This document shows positions 45,911 through 54,497 of a stretch of DNA of 64,000 nucleotides, piece by piece. This stretch comes from Minisyncoccota bacterium (lineage in GTDB: Bacteria; Patescibacteriota; Minisyncoccia; Phycocordibacterales; UBA6065), in NCBI GenBank assembly GCA_035546035.1, contig DASZXC010000008.1, positions 5,202 through 69,201 of the forward strand, given 5' to 3'. The position numbers were made by a program, and so were the translations under genes. The stretch's first letter is position 1. Every line of letters starts with the position of its first letter. The notes beneath the pieces are model-generated. The model saw only the letters and a program-made list of their open reading frames with translations, ran no database searches and was not told where the DNA came from.

Positions 45911-46098
45911 TATTTCTGATGCGGATTTTTCGGCACTTTGGCTCCCGCTTTGCGGGCTTCGGAGAGGCCGATCGCTATCGCCTGCTTCCTGCTGGTCACC
46001 TTTTTGCCGCTTCGCCCCGATTTCAGGTCGCTGCGCTTGTATTCAAGCATAGCCTTTTTCACTTTTGCCTGCGATTTTTTGCCGTATTTTCGTGCCAT
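45910..46098 (-). CDS. Small basic protein (about 62 aa), hypothetical
   Basis: The likely start is MARKYGKKSQAKVKK... The ORF track extends to 46149, into the terminator hairpin. Lys/Arg-rich. Confidence 0.4.
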   Translation of the reverse strand: MARKYGKKSQAKVKKAMLEYKRSDLKSGRSGKKVTSRKQAIAIGLSEARKAGAKVPKNPHQK

Positions 46099-46137
46099 AC
46101 TCGTTTTCGGATTACCCAGTAACCGAAGATAGTACGT

Positions 46138-46171
46138 AAAAAGCCGCACGAGGGGTGCTCAGCGGCTTTTT
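46138..46171 (-). terminator. Intrinsic terminator hairpin
   Basis: aaaaagccgc acgaggggtgctca gcggcttttt. Confidence 0.5.
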
Positions 46172-46327
46172 ACTCACGATGCGCTATTTGATTACCATCA
46201 AGCTAATTCTTCTCTGTGTCCTTATCGTTCATATTGATTGGGTTTAAGGTTAAGAAGAGCCGACATGAGGGTGTTGCGATGATCGGCTCTTGTATATCTA
46301 TACGCATGGGGAAAGAATTTCTTTCCG

Positions 46328-46358
46328 AAAAAAAGCCCGTGCGCATTCGCGCACGGGC
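46328..46358 (-). terminator. Intrinsic terminator just 3' of ORF 46363..46827
   Basis: Perfect 10-bp stem gcccgtgcgc attc gcgcacgggc. On the minus strand it is followed by a T-run. Confidence 0.55.
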
Positions 46359-46362
46359 AGGA

Positions 46363-46827
46363 TTATTTAATTACAGGACATGACTCGCGAAACGACTTCA
46401 AGCTTCCAAAAGCAACAGGCAGGTTCCTCGGCGTTGATCTGGAGTTGTCGCCCCAAATGCATTCCGAGAAATCCTCTATCACCTTGAGATCAGGATGGCC
46501 TTCGCACCAACTCATTCCGACAGGGAGCTCACACCCCTTTTGCCAGATTGGCTTAAGGAGATTGAACGCAAAATTCCCCGGCTTGTAGCGTCCATACCCC
46601 TTATGGGTCTGGAGATCGAGGAACTGGTGCCGCCTCGGATCGAGCTTCTCCGCCTTCGCGATAGCAGCAATGATCTGCTCGGCGAAATTGATGGTAGACC
46701 CGACCCGTCCCTCTTTAGCCGAATGCAGACCGCTGAACACGATCTGCCGACCATATATCACATACACGACTTCGTTGAGAGGAAGAAAACCTCCCGACGA
46801 TTCGTATCTGACCGTTTTTCCTTTCAA
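46363..46827 (-). CDS. Hypothetical protein in a lower-GC patch
   Basis: 154-aa ORF with GC visibly lower than its neighbours. No recognisable family. Confidence 0.45.
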   Translation of the reverse strand: MKGKTVRYESSGGFLPLNEVVYVIYGRQIVFSGLHSAKEGRVGSTINFAEQIIAAIAKAEKLDPRRHQFLDLQTHKGYGRYKPGNFAFNLLKPIWQKGCELPVGMSWCEGHPDLKVIEDFSECIWGDNSRSTPRNLPVAFGSLKSFRESCPVIK

Positions 46828-46892
46828 AGAGAGCCTTTCGTTGAATTGACTATCTGGTTTGCATTATAACATAAACATATATAAAGTCAATA

Positions 46893-47753
46893 TTACTTCC
46901 CGTCTCCTATACGCGCCTCCTTGTGCAAAAGCATGATGAGGATGAAAGAGAAGATCAGGAGCATGTACCACGACGTGAATTTCTGGAATGAAACAGGGTT
47001 CCAGCTGACAGCCTGATTCGGATACACCCAGACGCGCGCGAAGGTGCCGATCTGTTCGGCGAGCCATACGAACAGCGCGAGCAAGGCGTTAGTGAAGAGA
47101 GGATGGAACGTGTATCGCCTATCCGTGAGCTCGACGCGGAGCTTGGTTCTCCAAAAAATGACTATGAGCAGAGCGAAGATGAGCCAACGGACGTCATGGA
47201 CGTAATGGTTCGTGAAGAAATTGATATAGATAAGAAGACCAGCCAGCGACAGCACGATCTTGCTCGGCATATCGGTGAATACGAATTCGTTTATCCTCCA
47301 CGCTCGTGCCATGTACGAGCCGACGGCTGAGTAGAGAAAGCCCGTGAAGAGCGGCACCGTGCCGATCGCGAGCACGGCATGTTCGGGATATGCCCACGAC
47401 CCCACTCCGGGCGACGTCTTGAATATCTCCATGCACATGGCGCAGATATGGAAGACGATGATGGCGATGACTTCGCGGGGCGTTTCCAGTTTCGCGACGA
47501 TGAGGACGACCTGCGTGACGACGGCCAATATGAACAAGAGGTCATACCTCTCTATCCCCGGCACCGACGCGTATTTCGTGGCTAAAAGGAAAAACAGCAT
47601 CAGCCCGCCGAAGAGCGAGCATGAGGCTTGTTTCCTTATGAAGATAAAAAACTCGGAAATCACAGAATCTATAACCACCGCTGAAGAGACAAAGTGTCCA
47701 TTGGAAATATTCAATAGAGCACGTCGCTCTAGGACTTGCGAGAGCGGCGGCAC
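46893..47753 (-). CDS. Polytopic integral membrane protein (hypothetical)
   Basis: 286 aa with about 8 TM helices. Confidence 0.5.
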   Translation of the reverse strand: MPPLSQVLERRALLNISNGHFVSSAVVIDSVISEFFIFIRKQASCSLFGGLMLFFLLATKYASVPGIERYDLLFILAVVTQVVLIVAKLETPREVIAIIVFHICAMCMEIFKTSPGVGSWAYPEHAVLAIGTVPLFTGFLYSAVGSYMARAWRINEFVFTDMPSKIVLSLAGLLIYINFFTNHYVHDVRWLIFALLIVIFWRTKLRVELTDRRYTFHPLFTNALLALFVWLAEQIGTFARVWVYPNQAVSWNPVSFQKFTSWYMLLIFSFILIMLLHKEARIGDGK

Positions 47754-47765
47754 ATCTCTTGGCCT

Positions 47766-49136
47766 CTAGAACTCCTGGAAATTAGGGATGAGAGTCTGAG
47801 AAGAGACCCAAAGGGTATGGCTATCTGTCTGCCCTCCGCCCGACGCGATGAATATAACCGAACAGGATGCGTTGACCCCTGCCGAGAATTTGAGCTGAAC
47901 GGAGAGGCCTATCCTTCCGGAAGGAGCTCTGTAGTTCCCCGCCGAGTCGAACGTCATGACAGCCTGGGGCGCCGCCTCAAAATCCGCTCCGTCGAATGAA
48001 TAAGAGACGTTCGAGCATGTGGTCGAATCGACCCTGACAACGACACTCTGATCAAAAGAGCCGAACGGGTTGACCTCTAGATCCTTCACTGGGCTCGTGC
48101 CGTCCAGATTCGAAGAGAATTTCGCCGAAACAGACGCGTCTCCATCGAGCGTGAACCCGCTCGAGACGTTACCGCCATCATTGGCGCCTCCGCCATCGGT
48201 ATTGTCACTACCATTCCCGCCAGGAGCATAGTCACACGGAAGAAGACCGCCGACATTAACCGCAGCCGCATCCTGGCAGACATTTACGGGAGGATACGAG
48301 CACGGAAGAAGACCGCCGTAATTTAAAGCATTCGAATCCTGACAAGCCGATAGAGGATAGGCGCAATTGACCGCCTCTCCATAATTAATCGCCGCGGGAT
48401 CGGAACAGACGGCAGGCGGTTGCACCACAAGAGCGCAATTCAAAGATTTCCCGCTTCCGGAAAGAGCGGCGTTACCGCCGTCGCCTATATTGATCCCGTA
48501 TGCGTCGATCGCGTGGGCCGAGCCGTCTTTGACGGACACCGGGGTCGGGAAAGAAAAGGCGTGATTGCCGACGTCTCCCCTATAGCCGTCGGCATGAGCC
48601 GCTCCCACGAATGCGCCGTCTGAATAAAAGTGGACATCGATGGCGGCATTAGGGTCGTCAGCATCCGATGCCCAGCCATTGAACGAATCGCACGATGCGG
48701 AATCGAGCCAGCCTTGAGGATTATTAGGATCGGTATGAGTGACCGGCGGCTGATCTACGCAGTTGCCCGCAGCGTCTTTGACCATACCAGGAGGCACGGA
48801 ATCCTGATTTCCTGAAACGTTAGGGCATATGTCGACGGGATTGCCGGAACCTCCGCCAGAGCCGACTTCTGGATTTGCGGGTTCGCCAGAGTACTCATAG
48901 TAAAAATCGGTGATGCCAGAATAGCTGCCGCAGTCGAGGGTTCCCGTTCCGATAGGTCTCCACTCATCGTCAAAACTCCTGCAACCTTCGGAAGTGTCGC
49001 TATCAAATCCGTCGAGATGGAAATCACTGCTTGAGTATTGAGCATTCACCCGCAGAATGGCCACATTGAAGAAAAAGAGGGTGAAGATGATCAGGGCCGC
49101 CCTCAACGAACGCCTCTCTTGAAATTTTCGTGTCAT
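47766..49136 (-). CDS. Secreted protein with triple cysteine-containing tandem repeat and Gly/Asp-rich regions
   Basis: 456 aa with a signal peptide. Three consecutive repeats of about 21 aa lie at aa 240-305, with pattern C-x-D-x(2-3)-A-[ILV]-N-[YV]-G-x(3)-[NP]-C-x-Y-[PA]-P. Confidence 0.6.
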   Translation of the reverse strand: MTRKFQERRSLRAALIIFTLFFFNVAILRVNAQYSSSDFHLDGFDSDTSEGCRSFDDEWRPIGTGTLDCGSYSGITDFYYEYSGEPANPEVGSGGGSGNPVDICPNVSGNQDSVPPGMVKDAAGNCVDQPPVTHTDPNNPQGWLDSASCDSFNGWASDADDPNAAIDVHFYSDGAFVGAAHADGYRGDVGNHAFSFPTPVSVKDGSAHAIDAYGINIGDGGNAALSGSGKSLNCALVVQPPAVCSDPAAINYGEAVNCAYPLSACQDSNALNYGGLLPCSYPPVNVCQDAAAVNVGGLLPCDYAPGGNGSDNTDGGGANDGGNVSSGFTLDGDASVSAKFSSNLDGTSPVKDLEVNPFGSFDQSVVVRVDSTTCSNVSYSFDGADFEAAPQAVMTFDSAGNYRAPSGRIGLSVQLKFSAGVNASCSVIFIASGGGQTDSHTLWVSSQTLIPNFQEF

Positions 49137-50476
49137 ATCTTTTTAATATGCGCTTTAGTCCGAGATATCCGTACCGAGAGCGCATAGACTAGGGTCGCCG
49201 AGACGATAACGATAAAGGACAAGGCCGCCGTGCTCGGCACGGAACCGGCTTCGCCGTGCCGAGAGAGCGAGTAAAGCACGCGCGCGTTTTCGATGGTGCT
49301 CGATGCTTTCAGGATATCACCCTTTAATATAAGGTCTCCGCTATAGTCCGCGTCAGGCGTCAAAAAACCGGAAAAGCCGCTCACGGAGATGCCGCTGAGC
49401 GTGCCAATATCGGCAAAGACGCTGCCGTCAGGCTTTAAAAGCGAGAGATGCACCAAATAATCGCGATCCTCCGCGATGGCATGGTCGGTGAAAGCGCATC
49501 CCGATACCTTTACGACTTTGCCTTTTTCGAGAGGGAAAGAACCGAGGCTCAAAGAGATAAACGTCGCATACGGCGCATCTCTGTTAAAGATCCGGTATGA
49601 GTAGTACGAATTCTTGCCGCCGTCCTTCATTTCGACAAGAACATGGTAGAGAGGATCCGCCAAGGCCGGGATCGCGAACGAGGCTGCGGCTTTTCCGGAT
49701 ACGAATCGGATGTCTTGATCGACAGAGCTTACAAGCTGAGAATCGTCGATGACGTTCGATCGATAGACCTTCCAAGAAATCGAGGCGCCGTGCGTCGTCA
49801 TATCGGTCGATATCAGGCTAAGCGTCGTCGTCGCTGAACGGGATGCGGAAAGAGAAAGCATGCGATTGGGATCAAGAGGCTTTTCATTCACCCGTATCGA
49901 TGAAGGATCGATGAAGGAAGCTCGGGAAGCCGAAGAGGTAACGGTAAAGAGCGTGCTGGCGCCCGTTTCCCTATCGCTCTGCTCCGCTCCGGCAAGCTCC
50001 AACTCGCCGCTTGATATGAGGAAAGTGCTCGCCTTATACGTCCCGCTGACGAGCTCCGCAGGGACTTTCCACGCGAAAGAGAAAGGGATCGATGCTCCGC
50101 CAAGAACCTGGATATTCGTAAAGGGCACCGCCCTATACACGACATCCGGGGTCTTGGCGTAGAAAGATCCCTGGCTCTGGGCTATCTTTTCTATTCGAAT
50201 GACAAGAGAACCGTCCGTTACAGGGGCAAGCGCCGAATTGCGGATGCTTCCTGAGAATATCGCCGAATCTCCTGAAACAAGGGAATGGATAGGCAGGAGC
50301 GTCACTGTTACGGGACTTTTTGAGATGATACAAGACCTTGAGATGAAAATATCATTATTTGCCGGCAATGTGGCGCCCGAAACTGGATACGCAACAATCC
50401 CGACCGCTAAGCCGACAGCAGAGGCGCATGCAAGAAGTATCGAGAGAAAAGAGGCTGATCTTTGTGATATCATCAT
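49133..50476 (-). CDS. Surface protein with N-terminal signal peptide and C-terminal TM anchor plus basic tail (hypothetical)
   Basis: 447 aa. It overlaps the downstream gene by 4 nt (operon). The C-terminus is FIVIVSATLVYALSVRISRTKAHIKKI. Confidence 0.55.
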   Translation of the reverse strand: MMISQRSASFLSILLACASAVGLAVGIVAYPVSGATLPANNDIFISRSCIISKSPVTVTLLPIHSLVSGDSAIFSGSIRNSALAPVTDGSLVIRIEKIAQSQGSFYAKTPDVVYRAVPFTNIQVLGGASIPFSFAWKVPAELVSGTYKASTFLISSGELELAGAEQSDRETGASTLFTVTSSASRASFIDPSSIRVNEKPLDPNRMLSLSASRSATTTLSLISTDMTTHGASISWKVYRSNVIDDSQLVSSVDQDIRFVSGKAAASFAIPALADPLYHVLVEMKDGGKNSYYSYRIFNRDAPYATFISLSLGSFPLEKGKVVKVSGCAFTDHAIAEDRDYLVHLSLLKPDGSVFADIGTLSGISVSGFSGFLTPDADYSGDLILKGDILKASSTIENARVLYSLSRHGEAGSVPSTAALSFIVIVSATLVYALSVRISRTKAHIKKI

Positions 50477-50581
50477 GCGCTTTAACGGCTTAGAGCTTTA
50501 CTAAGTATAATTCGTCCCACTCTCAAATGGAAAGTGGATTAAAAAACTCCCGCGCTATACGGGAGTTCGAAAGGCTCAGGC

Positions 50582-51130
50582 CTATTTTCGGGCAGAACCG
50601 CCTTCGCCGACGACGGATAAGGTCCACATGGCGAGAAGGCGGCTGTCCCGATCGATGATCGGGGCGTGGACCAGAGGCCGGATCGGATTATGCTTTTGCA
50701 CCGAAGCAAGCCATTCCATGTAACCGTTCTCGACAAACTGCAGGGCTTTGCCGAGATTCAGCTTCTTGTCGATTTGGTACGGCTGGTCTAGCGGTATGAT
50801 CAGTTGCCTGATCTGAGTCGGCTGACTAACGTTCTTTTGATAGAACACTTTGAAGCCAGTCACGACTATGATAGAGGCTTTGTCGGTTGCTTCCCTTGCG
50901 TAGACCGCTTCGATCTTGTCGATCGCGAGCTTTTTTTCATCCTGCCACCGACAGAGCTCGTCGCCTGCGGACTTCCAATTATCGACCGTGCCGGGAATTC
51001 CGAAGGTCTTACCGATCTTGAATGCGATGGCCTCCGTCTCGGAAGCCAGAGTATCAGCCCGCGATAGAGTCACGACTACGAACTGGCTAATCGCCAGAGC
51101 GATCAAGCTAACGACTTTTTTGATCTTCAT
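50582..51130 (-). CDS. Secreted hypothetical protein (lower GC)
   Basis: 182 aa with a signal peptide. It lies in an AT-richer patch next to the tRNA cluster. Confidence 0.5.
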   Translation of the reverse strand: MKIKKVVSLIALAISQFVVVTLSRADTLASETEAIAFKIGKTFGIPGTVDNWKSAGDELCRWQDEKKLAIDKIEAVYAREATDKASIIVVTGFKVFYQKNVSQPTQIRQLIIPLDQPYQIDKKLNLGKALQFVENGYMEWLASVQKHNPIRPLVHAPIIDRDSRLLAMWTLSVVGEGGSARK

Positions 51131-51388
51131 AACAAAGGGCTTCTGGAGTTTTGGTTTGCTGTCTCGGCAGATTTATATCATAAAATATGCCTACCTGTAA
51201 AGGTATAAAACATTGGTGGAGACAGGTCGGCTATTCTGGGAATATTCAATGATGTTAGATATTTGAGTGTTTTGAAAGAGAAGCTGAGTTTCATCGACTT
51301 ATTTGCATAAAAAGCGCTAAAGGAGTAGTTTCTACCTCGGATTCGTACCAGGTATATCCTGGGTCCAAAACCTCTCTATACGAAAGGA

Positions 51389-52021
51389 TTGCAGATGAAA
51401 AGACAAAAGCTCGTTGAATATCACGCCAAGTTCCAAATCGGCGGTTTGATTAACCCCCGGCTCGGCGGTCCGTATGGATTCGTAAGCCATCTAATCAAGC
51501 CAGGTGAGGACTATTTTGAGATCATCTCAAGAGAAATCGACTTCGTGGCTCCCCGACCCTTCGCCTCCCTCGATCTTGAGGAGAAAGGGCGGTGGACACT
51601 GGATGAACCGTCAAAGGAACTCTTCTCAGGGGAGCTCGAGCCAGCCTACATGAAGCACACCTGCTTCGCCCCAAAGTTCGTAAGCGACGGCAGCATGTTC
51701 ATGCTCATAGGAGACCAGGAGTTCGGGCAAGTCTGCCACGCCCAGCGAATGGATGCCCACTTCACGGCCATAAAGAGCGATGTGTCTGTGACGGAACTCT
51801 TGAAAACTATCCGAGATCTCTATGCGGGAAGATGCCGCGGCGAATTCGGAACCCATTGGTTCAACATTCCCGTGAGAGATTGGCGGCTGAAGCTTGTGAT
51901 CAAGCGTTCTTGGAAAGCCGCAAATCCCGACAAAAGCTCCTACGAGATATTCGTCCCTCCCGTTGAATGGATAAAGGAACACGCCGCGTTCGCCACGAAA
52001 TACGCGACAACATCGTCCTAG
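51389..52021 (+). CDS. Hypothetical protein (lower GC)
   Basis: 210-aa ORF divergent from 50582..51130 across an AT-rich spacer. No family recognised. Confidence 0.45.
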   Translation: MQMKRQKLVEYHAKFQIGGLINPRLGGPYGFVSHLIKPGEDYFEIISREIDFVAPRPFASLDLEEKGRWTLDEPSKELFSGELEPAYMKHTCFAPKFVSDGSMFMLIGDQEFGQVCHAQRMDAHFTAIKSDVSVTELLKTIRDLYAGRCRGEFGTHWFNIPVRDWRLKLVIKRSWKAANPDKSSYEIFVPPVEWIKEHAAFATKYATTSS

Positions 52022-52099
52022 CGTCTCAAGATCGACTTCGGTCGATCTTTTTTATATCGGAATAGCGTATCACCCCCCTCCTAAACCTTCTTATTAGTT

Positions 52100-52172
52100 G
52101 GGTGCCTAATGGGAATCGAACCCATGACGCCGGGACCACAATCCAGCGTTTTACCACTAAACTATAGGCACC
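52100..52172 (-). tRNA. tRNA-His (anticodon GTG) with genomically encoded G-1
   Basis: Manual fold. Extra 5' G opposite discriminator C. Acceptor GTGCCTA/TAGGCAC. Anticodon loop UUGUGGU. T-arm ATGGG/CCCAT. Confidence 0.7.
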
Positions 52173-52182
52173 ATTCTTTTGG

Positions 52183-52218
52183 AAAAGCACCGAACGGACG
52201 TACCGCTCGGTGCTTTTT
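52183..52218. terminator. Hairpin plus T-run between tRNA-His and tRNA-Leu
   Basis: agcaccga ... tcggtgct followed by ttttt. Confidence 0.45.
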
Positions 52219-52223
52219 CCGTG

Positions 52224-52305
52224 TGCGCGGAAGAGGACTTGAACCTCCATGCCTTGCGGCGCTACCACCTCAAGGTAGTGTGTCTGCCAATTCCACCATC
52301 CGCGC
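52224..52305 (-). tRNA. tRNA-Leu (anticodon GAG)
   Basis: Manual fold. Acceptor GCGCGGA/TCCGCGC with discriminator A. Long variable arm. Anticodon loop UUGAGGU. Confidence 0.7.
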
Positions 52306-52377
52306 ATCTATGACCGCGTGGCCATAATAGCCGAGAGCGTCCTCAAAATCAAATCCCGCGCGATGCGCGGGATTTTG

Positions 52378-52794
52378 TTACTTTGCCGGAACCGCTTCCG
52401 CCTTCGGAGCCTCTGCAAGAGGCACAGGCTCTTCCTTTGCCGTACGGAGGTTTCGCATCTGGCGACGGACTGCCTTCGCTGCCTTCTCGCGTACGAAGTA
52501 GAGCTTCGAGCGGCGCACCTTCGAGCGGCGGATCACTTCGATCTCGTCGATCATAGGGGTGTAGAGCGGGAAAATCCTCTCTACGCCGACGCCGTCGATG
52601 ACTTTTCGGACGGTGAACGTAGCACCCGGCTCGTCGCCGTGCTTTCGCGAGAGGATAAGGCCTTCGAACGCCTGGAGGCGGCTCTTGTCGCCTTCCTTGA
52701 TCTTCTGCCAGACGCGGACGGTGTCGCCGGATCGGAGGCCGAGCTTCACTCGAGCCGCCATGTCCACAGGAGAAGTGATGATTTTGCTTTCCAT
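52378..52794 (-). CDS. rplS: 50S ribosomal protein L19
   Basis: 138 aa. GDTVRVWQKIKEGDKSRLQAFEG...TFTVRKV..GVGVERIFPL...IEVIRRSKVRRSKLYF. Confidence 0.9.
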   Translation of the reverse strand: MESKIITSPVDMAARVKLGLRSGDTVRVWQKIKEGDKSRLQAFEGLILSRKHGDEPGATFTVRKVIDGVGVERIFPLYTPMIDEIEVIRRSKVRRSKLYFVREKAAKAVRRQMRNLRTAKEEPVPLAEAPKAEAVPAK

Positions 52795-52912
52795 GCTGGT
52801 AATTTCTTGGTCTTTAAACGTGGACGTTAATCTAACACACGGCCTTAATTATCGCAAGAAAGTTGAGTTTTTAGGCGAAATTGGGTATCTTTGCTACGCG
52901 GTTGCTTCATAT

Positions 52913-52988
52913 GCGCCCTTAGCTCAGTTGGTAGAGCAGCTCATTTACACTGAGAAGGTCGGGGGTTCAAGTCCCTCAGGGCGCACCA
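52913..52988 (+). tRNA. tRNA-Val (anticodon TAC), CCA encoded
   Basis: Manual fold. Acceptor GCGCCCT/AGGGCGC with discriminator A and CCA. Anticodon loop UUUACAC. Confidence 0.8.
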
Positions 52989-52998
52989 GAGAGAAGGC

Positions 52999-53035
52999 GC
53001 GAAAAAGCCCGGCGTACGCCGGGCTTTTTCGCGCA
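52999..53035. terminator. Perfect palindromic bidirectional terminator
   Basis: gcgaaaaagcccggcg ta cgccgggctttttcgc. Confidence 0.6.
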
Positions 53036-53037
53036 TG

Positions 53038-53109
53038 TCCCCTCGGTTGGAATCGAACCAACATAACCGGCTTAGAAGTCCGGTGTTCTATCCATTGAAC
53101 TACAAGGGG
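53038..53109 (-). tRNA. tRNA-Arg (anticodon TCT)
   Basis: Manual fold. D-arm GTTC/GAAC. Anticodon loop CUUCUAA. T-arm GTTGG/CCAAC. Acceptor CCCCTTG/CGAGGGG, which implies an unusual C1:G72 pair. Confidence 0.55.
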
Positions 53110-53144
53110 GTCAAAGTGAGGATAGCAAGGAAAACCCTCCCCTG

Positions 53145-53426
53145 CTATATAGACGGATCCTGTATGGATCTCGCGGCGGCTGACGCCGAAACCGATTCCC
53201 TCTGCGACAGGCCTGCGGCGACAGAACTTATATCCGCGCGATTCAGGATATTCTGCGGAGCGGCTGCGCCCATGGCCGAATCCCCCGCCGATACGAGCGA
53301 GCGATAGAGGGCGAAATCTGCGAGAGCGACGATGGCGAGGCCGAGCGCGAGGCATGCGAGGCACATATACCAGTCGGTCGCCGGATCCTTCGCGAACTTA
53401 TTGAATGTGAGGCGCGTCTTTTTCAT
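53145..53426 (-). CDS. Small membrane-anchored protein, last gene of the pilus-assembly operon (PilP-like position)
   Basis: 93 aa with one TM helix, downstream of the pilO-like gene. Confidence 0.35.
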   Translation of the reverse strand: MKKTRLTFNKFAKDPATDWYMCLACLALGLAIVALADFALYRSLVSAGDSAMGAAAPQNILNRADISSVAAGLSQRESVSASAAARSIQDPSI

Positions 53427-53427
53427 A

Positions 53428-53952
53428 TCAATCGGCGACGTATATGACGAGGTCAGCGTTAAAGCTCCATTCCTTGTCCTGGCCCTTGCCGAGGGCGACG
53501 TCGTCTACGCGGAGCGCGTACGGCATCGCTTCTACGGCCGCAAGGAATCCGACGATGTCATTCCAGGAGCCCGAGCCGCCCATATGAAACGTCAGGGGCC
53601 GCGGCAATGCCGGGTCGCCGCTCTCGTCGAGGTCGAGCGAGCTTAAGTCGGCCTTTATTCCTGCGGATCTGGCGCGCGCTTCGACGGTATCTATGAATGC
53701 GGGTATGCCGTCTTTGGTTATGAAATGGCCGTCGATCGTCGCAAGCTCGTCTTTAGAATCGCGAAGCGCGTCTTTGATGGAGATGAGATACGCGTCGTTC
53801 GCTGCGGCGTTCTCCGCCTGCGCCGATATCGCCGCGATATCGGACTTCATGGCATTGCTCTTGTATGCGATGAATATCCATGCCGCGAGGAACGCGACCG
53901 CGAGGATTGCGGATATAGTGACGAACGCGGTATACGGAGTGCGGAGCTTCAT
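53428..53952 (-). CDS. pilO: Type IV pilus assembly protein PilO-like
   Basis: 174 aa, bitopic with a coiled-coil then a ferredoxin-like C-terminal domain. Its position after pilN supports the call. Confidence 0.5.
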   Translation of the reverse strand: MKLRTPYTAFVTISAILAVAFLAAWIFIAYKSNAMKSDIAAISAQAENAAANDAYLISIKDALRDSKDELATIDGHFITKDGIPAFIDTVEARARSAGIKADLSSLDLDESGDPALPRPLTFHMGGSGSWNDIVGFLAAVEAMPYALRVDDVALGKGQDKEWSFNADLVIYVAD

Positions 53953-53959
53953 ATATTAG

Positions 53960-54493
53960 TTAGAAGGATGAATCGATAGTGATACTGAAGCCGATATTCG
54001 ACGATTTCGCGAGGCTCGACACCGGCAGGGCTACGTTCTGGAACGAAGGCTCGCCCTGAAGGCTCTTGGAAAAGGCGACGAGCGCGTCGCGGGTCGCGGC
54101 AGAGCCGGAGACGAGTATGCCGCCCGGGCCTTCTGAGCGCTTGAGCGTCATGCCCGTGAGGATTATCCCTGGCGTGATCTGGCCGACAAGGCGGTCCAGG
54201 ACGGATACGATCGACTTCGAATCGGCGACCGTCTTAAGGACGCCGATCTTCGCCTTGATGTCTCTGATCCTCGATTCGAGGGATGCGTTCCCTTCCGCGC
54301 CGGCGGCCGTCGTCTTCGTCGCGGATAGAGAGGCTGCCGCCCTTTTCGCTGACAGGATTATGTACGACGGCGCCGCGAGGGCGGCGGCCGAAAGCATGAG
54401 CACCGCGCCTAACGCGAAAGCGACGGCGAATACCCTCTTTCGGTATTCCTTCTCTACTTCAGGCCTGTACGATCGCGGGAGAAACGTGAACAT
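53960..54493 (-). CDS. pilN: Type IV pilus assembly protein PilN-like
   Basis: 177 aa. The N-terminal basic segment, a TM helix and a periplasmic domain are typical of PilN. Confidence 0.5.
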   Translation of the reverse strand: MFTFLPRSYRPEVEKEYRKRVFAVAFALGAVLMLSAAALAAPSYIILSAKRAAASLSATKTTAAGAEGNASLESRIRDIKAKIGVLKTVADSKSIVSVLDRLVGQITPGIILTGMTLKRSEGPGGILVSGSAATRDALVAFSKSLQGEPSFQNVALPVSSLAKSSNIGFSITIDSSF

Positions 54494-54497
54494 ACGA

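Noticed and set aside
52026-52327. ORFs 52026..52307 (-) and 52109..52327 (+)
   Set aside because: They overlap the tRNA-His and tRNA-Leu genes and the terminator between them.
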